A stretch of DNA of 64,000 nt from an uncultured Burkholderiales bacterium (GCA_964584305.1 CAZOZL010000002.1:211336-275335); one strand, 5' to 3'. Shown: positions 1 to 9,467, numbered from the stretch's first letter. The notes: generated by a model from the letters alone, not told the origin. Numbers and translations are program-made.

Positions 1-3000
1 AGGACGAATAATTACTTGCTGCTGTACAGAGTCTCTACAATCTTTATCAGAAGTAGCTATTAAACGGATAGTGTAAGTACCATCCGTAGCATATATTTTG
101 GTAGGGTTTATTTGGGTAGATGTATCCGTTTGCGAAGGGGCATCAAAACGCCATAAAAAGGTTTGCGTTCCGTTACTTATAGTACTGCTATTAGTAAGTG
201 ATACTAAATGCCCTGGGAAACATTGTAAAGTATCATTAGTACTAAAATCGGGATTGGGTTTGGGCCATGTATATACCGTTCTGGTAATGGTATCGCCACA
301 GCCGCCCGTAGTTAGGTTTATAATAAGGCGTACCGTAAATGTATCAACTGTTGTATATGTTTTGGTAGGGTTAGTAGCTGTTGAGGTAGTACCATCACCA
401 AAATCCCAGTTGGTACTATATGCACCCGTAGTAGTTGAGGCATCGGTAAACGTGAAGCTATTACCATTTATACATTGGGCAGTATCATTAATAGTAAAAT
501 TGGCGGTAGGCTCTTGGAATACCTCCATGGTTTTAGTAATAGAATCTTTGCAGCCAAAATTTGAAGTACCCACCAGTTTCACAGGATATACTCCTGCTGT
601 ACCATAAATTTTTGATGGGGTGTTTAAAGTAGAAGTATCCGTGGTGCTATTACTAAATTGCCATAAATAAGTAGCCGTACCACTGGCTATACTTGATGTA
701 TTGGTGAAATTGAAAATATGCCCATTAAAACATTGATCACTATCATTCACTGTATAGGCTATATCGGGTTTGGGGCGCACATATACCGTTGCTGAAGTGC
801 TGTCTGCACAGCCTTCATTAGAAGTAGTTACCAATACTACCTTATATACCCCCTCTTGTGTAAACACTTTTGTAGGGTTGGCTTGTGTGGAAGTATCCGT
901 AGCACTTCCCCCAAAGTTCCATAAATAGCCTAATGTACCCGCTGATAGTGTAGAGCTATTAGTAAAAACAAAGCTATTGCCGTTTTCGCACTGGTCGGTA
1001 TCATTTATTGTAAATGCGGGTGCGGGTTTAGGATACACGAACACGTTTGCACGCGAAGAGTCTGCACACCCTTCATCTGAAACACTTATTAGTTTTACCT
1101 GATAGTTTCCTACTGCACCATATACTTTTACGGGGTTTGTTAGTATTGATGTATCGCTTGCAGTATTGCTAAATTCCCATTTATGGGTGATTGTTCCGCT
1201 ACCAATAGTAGTAGTATTAGTAAAAATGAAATTATTACCATTAATACACTGAGTAGTGTCGTTTACAGTAAAATCAGTATTTGGATTTGGAAGTAAATAT
1301 ATCAACCTACTAAAAGTATCCACACAACCACTATCGGTAGTAGCAATTAGCTGAACAGTATAAGTACTTCCAGCAACATAAGCTATTGTAGGGTTTTTTG
1401 CTGATGAAGTATCTCCATTACCAAAATCCCATAAGTAAGTAGCTACCCCTCCACTACTAACGGTACTGGTATCTGTAAAAACAAAATTGTTATCTTGTAG
1501 GCATTGGGCGGTATCGTTTATACTAAAACCTGCTATGGGTATTGGATTTATGACGACAACCTGAGTGGCGGTATCTGTTCCGCATTCGTTACCATATATT
1601 ACTTTAACTATATAAATACCTGCCGTTGAAAAATTAATAGTAGGGCTATGCACCGTAGAATCTCCACCTGCATAACTATATCCCGTTGCCCCTGTTATTA
1701 TCCATTGATAGGTTAAGCTATCACCTAAACGCCTGTCGTACACAGGGCGGTGGCGAGGTACTGAACCCGCCGAGTCATAAAACAATATTTGCGCGCCGCA
1801 ATAGGTTTGCGTATCGGGTAGTGCTACAATGGGTACATCTTTAACTACAATGGTATCTGTTAAACTATCAATATTGCAACGGTTTTCTGTAAATAACTCA
1901 ACAAAATACTCACCTATGGTATTAAACACTAATACAGGGCTATCAGAGGTTAGCGTACCCGATTGTAAAAAGAAACCGCTATTGGGTGTTATCTCCCACC
2001 TATAAGTTATATCATCACCTGTTGAGTTATTATTAAATAGTACCGTATGGTTTAAACATCCGCTTGCCCCATTCCCATCAATAGTAAAACTGGAGGTGGG
2101 TGGGTTAAGCACCCTTATCACCCTTCGTATGGTATCATCGCCACACACACTTAAACCTGCTTGTGCTATATTCCCCACTATTAACTCTACTGTATATACG
2201 CCCGTATCGGTAAAAGTCATGTTCAACTCTTGACTGCCCCAGTTGGCAGGGTTATTATTCCAGTTGGTGGCATTACCAAAACCTCCTGTGTTCAATGTCC
2301 ACCCTGTTCCGGGTAAAACATCCCACAAACGACGAGGCGTTTGATTACACCCACTATTTGAAGATACACTACCCGTATCTGATACATCACGAATAACGAA
2401 GGGAGCGTTTAAGCACACAGTATCACTGTTATCAGGCTGAATTTCAATTCTTGCTTCGGGCTTGGTAGAGATATAAATAGGGCGAATAGTAGCACTGTTT
2501 GTTCCGCAAGGGTTGTTTACCGTTAATACAGCCTCGAAAGAATTGGGAAACCCAACGGTATTAACACCACAAGATGGTTCTGTAAGTGTTTTTATTATTG
2601 ATGGAGGCGGTAAATGTGTATACGTTGTAGCCGTAGAACCATCATTAAAACTTAAAGTATAGGTAGTACCAGTAGCATTAGCTCCCACCCCTGTTACGCT
2701 AGTATCAATAGTAAAAGTAATATCATAAGGAGTACAGCCTGATGTACTGCCAGTGTTTCCTAAACTAACCGCTGGGTTTCCTCCATTAAATACACTATAT
2801 GTATTGGTGTTTACACAGCCAAAAGAGTCGGTAGTGGTTACCGTCATAGTAAATGCACCAGTGGTAGCGTATATATGAGTTGTATTAGTAAAACCGTTAA
2901 AAAAATTTTGTAAACCGCTACCATCTCCCCAATCAATAGTATAAATACTATCATTATTATTAGTGCCTGAAACATTATCTATTTGCAATGAAAATGGAGA

Positions 3001-3879
3001 TGACACCACATTGCATTGAACAAACTTGGGTATATTATTAAAATCATCAACTTGCCCATCGGGCTTGCGCCTAACATAAATAATTTTAGTAATAGTATCA
3101 CCGCAATTACCTGGTGTTGTAGCTATAAGAATAACTGGATAGCTTACATACGCAGGTGCGCCCACCGTATCAAAAACATTAGTTGGGTTTTGTAATGCTG
3201 ATGTATTGCCATTACCAAAATTCCACTGGTAACTAAGCAAGCTACCAGTGGAACTATTGGTAAAACTAATTGTAGAACCTGAACATAAACTATCGGAGGT
3301 AAACACAAAATCAGCATTGGGAAAATTATAAATGGTTACCGTTGTTGCGGCACTTGTATCCACACACCCATTTTGTGTGGCTATCACAGTGTAGTTGCCT
3401 GTTGTATTAACGGTTAGTGAGTCGTTGGTTGCGCCACCAATACTTACCCCATTTCTTTGCCACTGGTAGGTAATCCCTGCTCCAGCATTGGCTACCAAAA
3501 TTGTAGAACCACCTGCACATACATTTTGTGCCGCCGCTGGGGTAACTGTAGCTACTGTTTGATTAACCGTAAAAGTTTGAAAAACAGTATCAGAGCAATA
3601 AGGTCCACTAAAAAAACGGTACATCCATACCCCCTCAGTAGTACCTGTGGTATACTGTTTAGTAACTGTATCACCCTTTACAAGGCTGTTATCGCTGCTA
3701 AATCTATAAATTATACTATCCGTTGTGGCACTTGTAGTGTCAGTAAAAGTAATAGTTTGGTTTATACAAAAAGACGATGCTGTAATAGTAAACCCGCTTG
3801 CACCAACACACTGCGCTTGTACATTTTTAGCAAAAACGAATACTAATAAAATGGGTACTATTTTAAAAAATTTTCTCAC
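1..3879 (-). CDS. Giant secreted PKD/Ig-like repeat protein (adhesin-like); C-terminus lies beyond the left window edge; probable GTG start with signal peptide VRKFFKIVPILLVFVFAKNVQA
   Basis: Reverse-complement translation gives an open frame across the whole region with many ~90-aa repeats carrying the PKD signature W-D/N-F-G-D/N-G (e.g. rc of 391-430 = GAYSTNWDFGDG). The N-terminus at 3879 has a classic signal peptide, and in-frame stops (TGA, TAG) lie just upstream of the GTG. It is absent from the ORF track because no stop codon falls inside the window. Confidence 0.8.
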   Translation of the reverse strand, partial: MRKFFKIVPILLVFVFAKNVQAQCVGASGFTITASSFCINQTITFTDTTSATTDSIIYRFSSDNSLVKGDTVTKQYTTGTTEGVWMYRFFSGPYCSDTVFQTFTVNQTVATVTPAAAQNVCAGGSTILVANAGAGITYQWQRNGVSIGGATNDSLTVNTTGNYTVIATQNGCVDTSAATTVTIYNFPNADFVFTSDSLCSGSTISFTNSSTGSLLSYQWNFGNGNTSALQNPTNVFDTVGAPAYVSYPVILIATTPGNCGDTITKIIYVRRKPDGQVDDFNNIPKFVQCNVVSSPFSLQIDNVSGTNNNDSIYTIDWGDGSGLQNFFNGFTNTTHIYATTGAFTMTVTTTDSFGCVNTNTYSVFNGGNPAVSLGNTGSTSGCTPYDITFTIDTSVTGVGANATGTTYTLSFNDGSTATTYTHLPPPSIIKTLTEPSCGVNTVGFPNSFEAVLTVNNPCGTNSATIRPIYISTKPEARIEIQPDNSDTVCLNAPFVIRDVSDTGSVSSNSGCNQTPRRLWDVLPGTGWTLNTGGFGNATNWNNNPANWGSQELNMTFTDTGVYTVELIVGNIAQAGLSVCGDDTIRRVIRVLNPPTSSFTIDGNGASGCLNHTVLFNNNSTGDDITYRWEITPNSGFFLQSGTLTSDSPVLVFNTIGEYFVELFTENRCNIDSLTDTIVVKDVPIVALPDTQTYCGAQILFYDSAGSVPRHRPVYDRRLGDSLTYQWIITGATGYSYAGGDSTVHSPTINFSTAGIYIVKVIYGNECGTDTATQVVVINPIPIAGFSINDTAQCLQDNNFVFTDTSTVSSGGVATYLWDFGNGDTSSAKNPTIAYVAGSTYTVQLIATTDSGCVDTFSRLIYLLPNPNTDFTVNDTTQCINGNNFIFTNTTTIGSGTITHKWEFSNTASDTSILTNPVKVYGAVGNYQVKLISVSDEGCADSSRANVFVYPKPAPAFTINDTDQCENGNSFVFTNSSTLSAGTLGYLWNFGGSATDTSTQANPTKVFTQEGVYKVVLVTTSNEGCADSTSATVYVRPKPDIAYTVNDSDQCFNGHIFNFTNTSSIASGTATYLWQFSNSTTDTSTLNTPSKIYGTAGVYPVKLVGTSNFGCKDSITKTMEVFQEPTANFTINDTAQCINGNSFTFTDASTTTGAYSTNWDFGDGTTSTATNPTKTYTTVDTFTVRLIINLTTGGCGDTITRTVYTWPKPNPDFSTNDTLQCFPGHLVSLTNSSTISNGTQTFLWRFDAPSQTDTSTQINPTKIYATDGTYTIRLIATSDKDCRDSVQQQVIIRP
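150..3400 (-). repeat. Intragenic tandem array of ~270-nt PKD-domain coding repeats (at least 10 copies)
   Basis: Motifs such as aaaatcccagtt, aaagttccataa, aaattcccattt and aaaatcccataag (reverse complement of W-D/N-F-G codons) recur about every 260-280 nt. Flanking Thr/Ser/Asn-rich codons are conserved. Confidence 0.6.
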
Positions 3880-3924
3880 TGTCCAAAATCAGAACTAAGT
3901 TAGTAAATTATTGCCAATATACAG

Positions 3925-3932
3925 CAAATTTA
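3925..3932 (-). promoter_or_regulatory. Candidate Bacteroidetes -7 promoter box TAAATTTG (TAnnTTTG consensus) about 45 nt upstream of the PKD gene start
   Basis: The reverse complement of caaattta at 3925-3932 is TAAATTTG, which matches the Bacteroidetes sigma-A -7 consensus. Confidence 0.25.
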
Positions 3933-4056
3933 AAATTTTGAGTAAAATATTTTAACTTTTTAACGGTATAGTATGAATAGTAATATAAAATTACCTGTTT
4001 ATTACTACTTCAAAGGGTATTGTTTTCTCATCTACAAACATTTTCAGTACTCTCTA

Positions 4057-4920
4057 TTAATCAGGCTTTATCGCCCAAATATGACAACGCAAATTACTTA
4101 TCTCATCAATAAATTTAGTAGCAAAATGCGGTGCTAAATTTATTTTTCTTAACCTTTCCACTTCTCCATCACTTGCTTTGGTAACTTGCATCTGCGTGAG
4201 TGTAAAGCCTGCCTTAGCAAATAATGCCCCATACTCGTTTGCCAAAAGCCTATTTTGATACTGTAAATTGTTATTGTACTTACTATTCCATTCTTCCCAA
4301 TCATATTGGTAAAAGTTAAAAGGAGAAATACTATTATCATTGTATTGATAATGGTCTTGTAAATCTATAATACAACTAATAACACCGCCTGCTTTTAACA
4401 GCCGATAACACTCTTGCAAAATGGGCAAAATATCGTTTTTGGGAATATGCTCTAAGGTATCAGTAGAATGAATATAGTTAACACTTTCAGTTTCAAAATT
4501 AGTAGCTCGGGCATCAATATTTGGGTGGTATTCTATTCCCGTTTTACTTTTTAAATCATGCCTACTTTTAATTAACCCTATACCGTAAGAACCTTTTTCT
4601 ATAACATGGTTTACCAGCTCTTTTTTAAAAAGTGGGTTTACATCTGTTACTATCTGTTTTTTAAATCCCTCGTTCCAAAAAATAATGGGTACTGCTAAAT
4701 CATACCCTGCACCAAACTCATACACAATACTATCAAAATTACATTTTTTTGTACTAAAAGCAGTAAGGTGTTTTTTTGCCGCTACTTGTTTTTGGGCAAG
4801 CACCTTATCACTCATTGGCAAACTACGGTTTACCCTTCGTTGCAAAAAATAATTTAGCCCTTGGGCAAATGGTGTTTTGCTTATTGTTTTTTGAATAAAT
4901 GCCTTAGCTACCCAATTCAT
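4057..4920 (-). CDS. Class I SAM-dependent methyltransferase
   Basis: Motif I-like VYEFGAGYDLAVP and a post-I acidic residue. Rossmann-type methyltransferase architecture, 287 aa. Confidence 0.6.
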   Translation of the reverse strand: MNWVAKAFIQKTISKTPFAQGLNYFLQRRVNRSLPMSDKVLAQKQVAAKKHLTAFSTKKCNFDSIVYEFGAGYDLAVPIIFWNEGFKKQIVTDVNPLFKKELVNHVIEKGSYGIGLIKSRHDLKSKTGIEYHPNIDARATNFETESVNYIHSTDTLEHIPKNDILPILQECYRLLKAGGVISCIIDLQDHYQYNDNSISPFNFYQYDWEEWNSKYNNNLQYQNRLLANEYGALFAKAGFTLTQMQVTKASDGEVERLRKINLAPHFATKFIDEISNLRCHIWAIKPD

Positions 4921-5123
4921 TTTTTGACTAAACTAATTATGAAAAAAAACTTAGAAACACTAAATAGTATTGGCATACGCCGCTCACCTATTGTATATAG
5001 GCTTGCATACTTAGGCTTTATCTGTAACGGAGACATACTGCTTAATGCAGTATTGTTAAGACATTTAAACATGGTTTATTAGGGTTGTTTATACTTTTTC
5101 AGGAAATTTTATTCCCTATTGGG

Positions 5124-5348
5124 TCAGGAGACATTTTTAACCACTTCGCTCAGGGTGTAGCTGCCCACACTGCTAAGTTTTTGATTTAATACTTCCGTAT
5201 CTACCACAGTATCAAACTCTAATTTACCTTGTGGTGCATCTATCTGTATATCGGCAATTTTTACTTCGGGCAAGGTTTCTAACGTATTTTTAACCGCAGT
5301 AGCGCAGCCACCGCAAGTTATTCCTGTAATATTATACTCTTTTATCAT
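5124..5348 (-). CDS. Heavy-metal-associated (HMA) domain protein, CopZ-like metallochaperone
   Basis: 74 aa with the metal-binding loop ITGITCGGC (GMTCxxC-type) and a ferredoxin-like HMA fold pattern. Confidence 0.8.
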   Translation of the reverse strand: MIKEYNITGITCGGCATAVKNTLETLPEVKIADIQIDAPQGKLEFDTVVDTEVLNQKLSSVGSYTLSEVVKNVS

Positions 5349-5557
5349 AACACAAATATCGGTATATTATCCTCTCCTATACATTACACTATTCTGATAT
5401 TAGTTTATATGTTTTTGAGATTTAGATGCGGCATAGGGTGGCAGTTGTAGTCTCTTGCTCTAAATAAAATTTATATTTTAACTTTCCGCCTTACTTTTTT
5501 AAGGATAACGAATGTACATAGAAATAAAAAAACTTTCAGGTAAAGACACTACCGACC

Positions 5558-5773
5558 TTGCAGTATTATACCCAATACCAACGAAAAGGGATTGGTAAAA
5601 AGCTAATTTCAGCTTTATGCGAATATTGCAGCAAAAATGGGTTTAATGAGGTATTTGTTCAGGCAGAAACAGCCGATACGCAAGCAGTTAATTTTTATAG
5701 AACAACACCAATAAGTGATGAGTTACAAGCAACGCATTTTACCTATTCATTTGATAGTATTGATGATAAATAA
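5558..5773 (+). pseudogene. Truncated GNAT N-acetyltransferase remnant (C-terminal motif A/B portion only)
   Basis: 71 aa containing the acetyl-CoA motif RKGIGKKL (Q/R-x-x-G-x-G/A). It lacks the N-terminal half of a GNAT fold (normally ~150 aa). Confidence 0.5.
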
Positions 5774-6019
5774 TTGAGTATAATGTGTATATCAAGACTG
5801 TTTCAAGATGAAAGCCTTAGCATTCCTGCCCGCCCATTCGTTCGGGTAAACCTGCCCGAACGGCATGGGTCAGCTCGTTTATGCCAGTAAGTATAAGTGG
5901 GCGGTTTCAACCTATCGCTATGTTAATTATATTACTTTAAAAAAAACATAATCCTTGCAACGGTCTTATACCACTAACAAAGTTAGGGTGTTTGCCTATT
6001 ATTTTTTTGGATGATGGCT

Positions 6020-7588
6020 TTACTTTTCAGCTTCTTTTTTGGCTAAATACTTATAAAAGAAAGAATTAGTAGTACCCAAATATTGTTGGCTTATACTATT
6101 ATCTATCACATAGTTGTCAGTGTACTCGGGCTTTACCTGCACCAACCATTCATTATGGCTTAGTATATTGTACTTTTGAGGTACTTGGGCAATGGTATAT
6201 TTCTTAGTTTTTAGCTGTGGCGTATAGGCAATGGTTTTATATACTTGCCACAATCGGGGTAGCAACATTAAACCAATAATACCATACACTACAATGTACT
6301 TTTTAATAGGTTCAATACGTATTTTTTGCAGAAAAAATACTATCCATAGCAACATTACAAAATAAAAAGGAATGGAAGCACGGGCAATTAAATCATTATA
6401 TGCCCCAAACTTATAAAAACTCATCAATATTAGGCACACAATAGAAATAAAGCCCAGTCTCTTGTAGCTTCCAATAAAATCCAACCTTTTATCTTTATAA
6501 AGTAAATACAAGAAAATAATGCCAAATTTTAACACTATAAATACCAAGGCATAAAGCAACCAATTACTGCCTGTAATTTGCCATACAAAACCATGCTGCA
6601 GCGCAAGATGATGTGCCAATAAGTAACTTATAGTAAAAAAAAGAAGTACACCTCCAAACACATAAAACCTGATATTTTGTTTGAAAAAAACCTGTTTTCT
6701 ATCAAGCCAAAGGTGATATACAGCAAAAGGAAGTAAACCAAGACCCACCAGTGGCGACCAAAACACCACTAATGCCACCAGTACAGCAGTGTACCTAAAC
6801 GAGAGTTTTTTAGTGATTGCATACACCACTACTGCCGATGCTAAAAAACCGGACAAAACGTGTTGTGGTGCTGATAAAAATCCTACAAAAAAAGAAGGTA
6901 TATTTTGGGTGAAATACGGAACAATCAACTCTGACCGTGTATAAGTGACAGTACCTTTTAGCAAAGCTATTAAACCATACTGCGGGTAGTAGGTAAACAA
7001 GTAGTATATATAATGCCCTGCCACCCACAGAAACTCAAAACCCGATATACCCAAAAACACTACCCACAAAATAAAATTGTTGGTTTTCAGTACCGCCCTT
7101 AACCATAGAAAAAGCAAGCCAAGTCCCATAGCTGTCCACAAAAAAGAGGTGAATACCATCGCCCCAATACCCGCAATTTTGCCCACACCTGCAGGAACCA
7201 TATACCAGCCTAAGTAGTAGGTAAGCATAGCTGGTTCTTTTGTTGCTGTATAGGTTACGGGCCAGTTGTTCCGTAATAAATCACTAAAAATAAGGTTGTG
7301 CTTAAAAAAATCATCACGTTGCCACAGCATTTCCCCAATACCCGAAAAAGCCGCTAAACCCAAGCAAAAAGCAAGCAAGTACAGTATTTGCGGTTTACTC
7401 AAAGTTAAAGTCTCGCCTATACTCGTATCGTTTTGGGTATGCTTTACCATCATATACCCTAAAAAAAGTAATGCGGCGGTAGCAGGCAGTGCAATACCTA
7501 ATTGTACCCACCCTAAAATAAAAATTAAGTGAGGAGCGAACAGGTAGGCAATAGTTAAAAGTAAAAGCCTAACAACAGTAATTTTCAT
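6020..7588 (-). CDS. Large polytopic integral membrane protein (~13 TM helices), possibly a GT-C-fold glycosyltransferase or polymerase-like; last gene of the polysaccharide operon
   Basis: 522 aa that is highly hydrophobic throughout, with a short soluble C-terminal tail. The position and orientation are contiguous with the XrtF pair and the glycosyltransferases. Confidence 0.5.
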   Translation of the reverse strand: MKITVVRLLLLTIAYLFAPHLIFILGWVQLGIALPATAALLFLGYMMVKHTQNDTSIGETLTLSKPQILYLLAFCLGLAAFSGIGEMLWQRDDFFKHNLIFSDLLRNNWPVTYTATKEPAMLTYYLGWYMVPAGVGKIAGIGAMVFTSFLWTAMGLGLLFLWLRAVLKTNNFILWVVFLGISGFEFLWVAGHYIYYLFTYYPQYGLIALLKGTVTYTRSELIVPYFTQNIPSFFVGFLSAPQHVLSGFLASAVVVYAITKKLSFRYTAVLVALVVFWSPLVGLGLLPFAVYHLWLDRKQVFFKQNIRFYVFGGVLLFFTISYLLAHHLALQHGFVWQITGSNWLLYALVFIVLKFGIIFLYLLYKDKRLDFIGSYKRLGFISIVCLILMSFYKFGAYNDLIARASIPFYFVMLLWIVFFLQKIRIEPIKKYIVVYGIIGLMLLPRLWQVYKTIAYTPQLKTKKYTIAQVPQKYNILSHNEWLVQVKPEYTDNYVIDNSISQQYLGTTNSFFYKYLAKKEAEK

Positions 7589-7638
7589 AGGTATAAAGCC
7601 TATTGTTGCCCAAACCTACACATAAAATTAGTGTTTAT

Positions 7639-8106
7639 TTAGTCTTGCTTTATTTTTTGTTGGAAATAGAATGCGGGGATGAGTAACACCATAAGAATAG
7701 GGTTCATTACCAATCGGTAAAGAGGGACTACAAGAGAATAGTCGGCATAGGTGTCTGCTTTTAGGGTAAGAAATATATAGATAGGAAATAATACTAATAA
7801 GCCAAAAATTTGCATATAAAAGCCAAATACAACATATCGCCTATTATTAAACAAGGCATATATTAATAAAATACACAGTAAGTCATTAGCTATAAATCTT
7901 ATTAAACGGCTAATGGCAAAGTTTACTTCTTTACCTTCTTGAATGCGCCCACCAAAACTTTGATTGAAGCGGTGTTGCCCATCTACAAAATCAAAATCTT
8001 GAAAGGTATAAAAAAAAGCAAGCCCTATAAGGGCCAAAAATACTAAACCAATACGTTTAAGTCCTATATCAAGTAGGTTCATCAGTTTTGGATTTAGGTG
8101 TAGCAA
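7639..8106 (-). CDS. Exosortase F system-associated small membrane protein (XrtF partner family)
   Basis: 155-aa multi-TM protein whose start overlaps the XrtF-like gene by 38 nt. The XrtF/partner pairing is an established Bacteroidetes signature. Confidence 0.5.
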   Translation of the reverse strand: MLHLNPKLMNLLDIGLKRIGLVFLALIGLAFFYTFQDFDFVDGQHRFNQSFGGRIQEGKEVNFAISRLIRFIANDLLCILLIYALFNNRRYVVFGFYMQIFGLLVLFPIYIFLTLKADTYADYSLVVPLYRLVMNPILMVLLIPAFYFQQKIKQD

Positions 8107-8641
8107 TAGGGTTTATTTTGGTTACCCAAAAATACCATAACACAAATACTATTGCGTATATAGAAAGTGTAAACAGGTATTTGTGCGTGAAATGGAAAAG
8201 GGGACTATTTGTAAGTGCCATTTGTGCTAATAGCAATAAACGAAACAAGTTGGCTATATGTATAACTACTATACCCAGTATTGAGAACCAAGCCAGCTTT
8301 TTAAGCCCGCCCCAAAAACCTACTAAAAACGAGAAAAAGAGATTTGCAATAGCAACGCCATTACACCCCTCAAACACAGAAATAGAGTATTTACCATTAA
8401 TATATATATCCATAGAAGGGTTACCCGTTCTATCGGTTGAGGTTACCGCTTCGTAAAACCATGCTAATATACCCCGTATTTGCGTGGCAACATTACGCGT
8501 AATAGGGTCTGCCACATCTTTATACCCTGCTACCCAAGAACTATATATCAAACTAAGCACCGTAAATGCTATGCTAAAGCGCAACAAAAATAAGATAGCG
8601 GGCTTAAACTCGTTATAAAAAATTTTAATTTTTTGCTTCAC
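8069..8641 (-). CDS. xrtF: Exosortase family protein, XrtF-like (EpsH/exosortase superfamily)
   Basis: 190-aa multi-TM protein with a candidate active-site Cys in EGCNG and an N-x-x-R motif (ANLFRLLLL) as in exosortases. The size and Bacteroidetes polysaccharide-locus context fit XrtF. Confidence 0.55.
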   Translation of the reverse strand: MKQKIKIFYNEFKPAILFLLRFSIAFTVLSLIYSSWVAGYKDVADPITRNVATQIRGILAWFYEAVTSTDRTGNPSMDIYINGKYSISVFEGCNGVAIANLFFSFLVGFWGGLKKLAWFSILGIVVIHIANLFRLLLLAQMALTNSPLFHFTHKYLFTLSIYAIVFVLWYFWVTKINPIATPKSKTDEPT

Positions 8642-9440
8642 TTCTTAAGTAGTTTTTATAAATTTTTTTTGCCCAAATTATCGGTAATAACCTCACTATG
8701 GTTCGCACAAATATATTAAACAAAAAATGATGCGCCCTTATAAACCCTTCTTCCCAAAGTTGTTTAATCGCCTTATAGTCGTTTTGTAATGCTTTAACTC
8801 CCAGCCTACGCACATAATTTTGGTTTTGTGCATACACTAATATTTTGGGTATATTGGCTGATGTATAGCCCTTTTCAAACATCCGTAGCCACAAGTACCA
8901 ATCTTCGGCAAAGTAAAAATTTTTATATCCGCCAGCATCCAACACCGTTGTTTTTTTATAAAATACCGTAGGATGGCTGTGCGGTGTTCTATACTTCGAA
9001 AAACGCCTAATTTTGTTAAAAACCAATGGCACTTTACGCACATAGGTCTTTCCTTTGGGCTGACGTTCCCCGTAATACGACCCTACTAAATCTATTTCGG
9101 GGTGTTGTTTTATAAAGGCTATGGTGTCTTCAAATCTATTAAGCTCGGCTTTGTCATCGGCATCCATACGTGCCACCCACTCATTAGTACAATGTTTCAA
9201 CCCTTCGTTTAAGGCATTGCCCACCCCCGTATTTATAGGTAGTGTTATCACTTTTATTTTCGCCTGCTTTCTTAACTCTGCTAATTGTATGGAAATTCCA
9301 TCTTCAACAGGTCCGTCTTGCACAACAATAATTTCATTTGCAGGCAGTGTTTGCGATAAAATACTATTTAGCGCAATGGTAAACTCATGGGTAGTATTGC
9401 CATGATATACAGGAAAAAGTACTGAAAATTGATAATTCAC
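8625..9440 (-). CDS. Family 2 glycosyltransferase
   Basis: GT-A N-terminal domain (VYHGNT...IVVQDG) and a DxD-like MDADD motif. Confidence 0.85.
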   Translation of the reverse strand: MNYQFSVLFPVYHGNTTHEFTIALNSILSQTLPANEIIVVQDGPVEDGISIQLAELRKQAKIKVITLPINTGVGNALNEGLKHCTNEWVARMDADDKAELNRFEDTIAFIKQHPEIDLVGSYYGERQPKGKTYVRKVPLVFNKIRRFSKYRTPHSHPTVFYKKTTVLDAGGYKNFYFAEDWYLWLRMFEKGYTSANIPKILVYAQNQNYVRRLGVKALQNDYKAIKQLWEEGFIRAHHFLFNIFVRTIVRLLPIIWAKKIYKNYLRSEAKN

Positions 9441-9467
9441 TTAAAAAATATCGGTAGCAGGTAAGTA

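Noticed and set aside
98-607. Plus-strand 169-aa ORF (and 3457-3846, 129 aa) inside the first 3.9 kb
   Set aside because: Antisense to the much longer PKD-repeat reading frame on the minus strand. The compositionally biased Val/Thr-rich translation is typical of antisense frames through repeats.
5558-5773. Intact small GNAT acetyltransferase
   Set aside because: Only 71 aa, with motif A/B but no N-terminal beta-strands or helices of the fold. Treated as a gene remnant.
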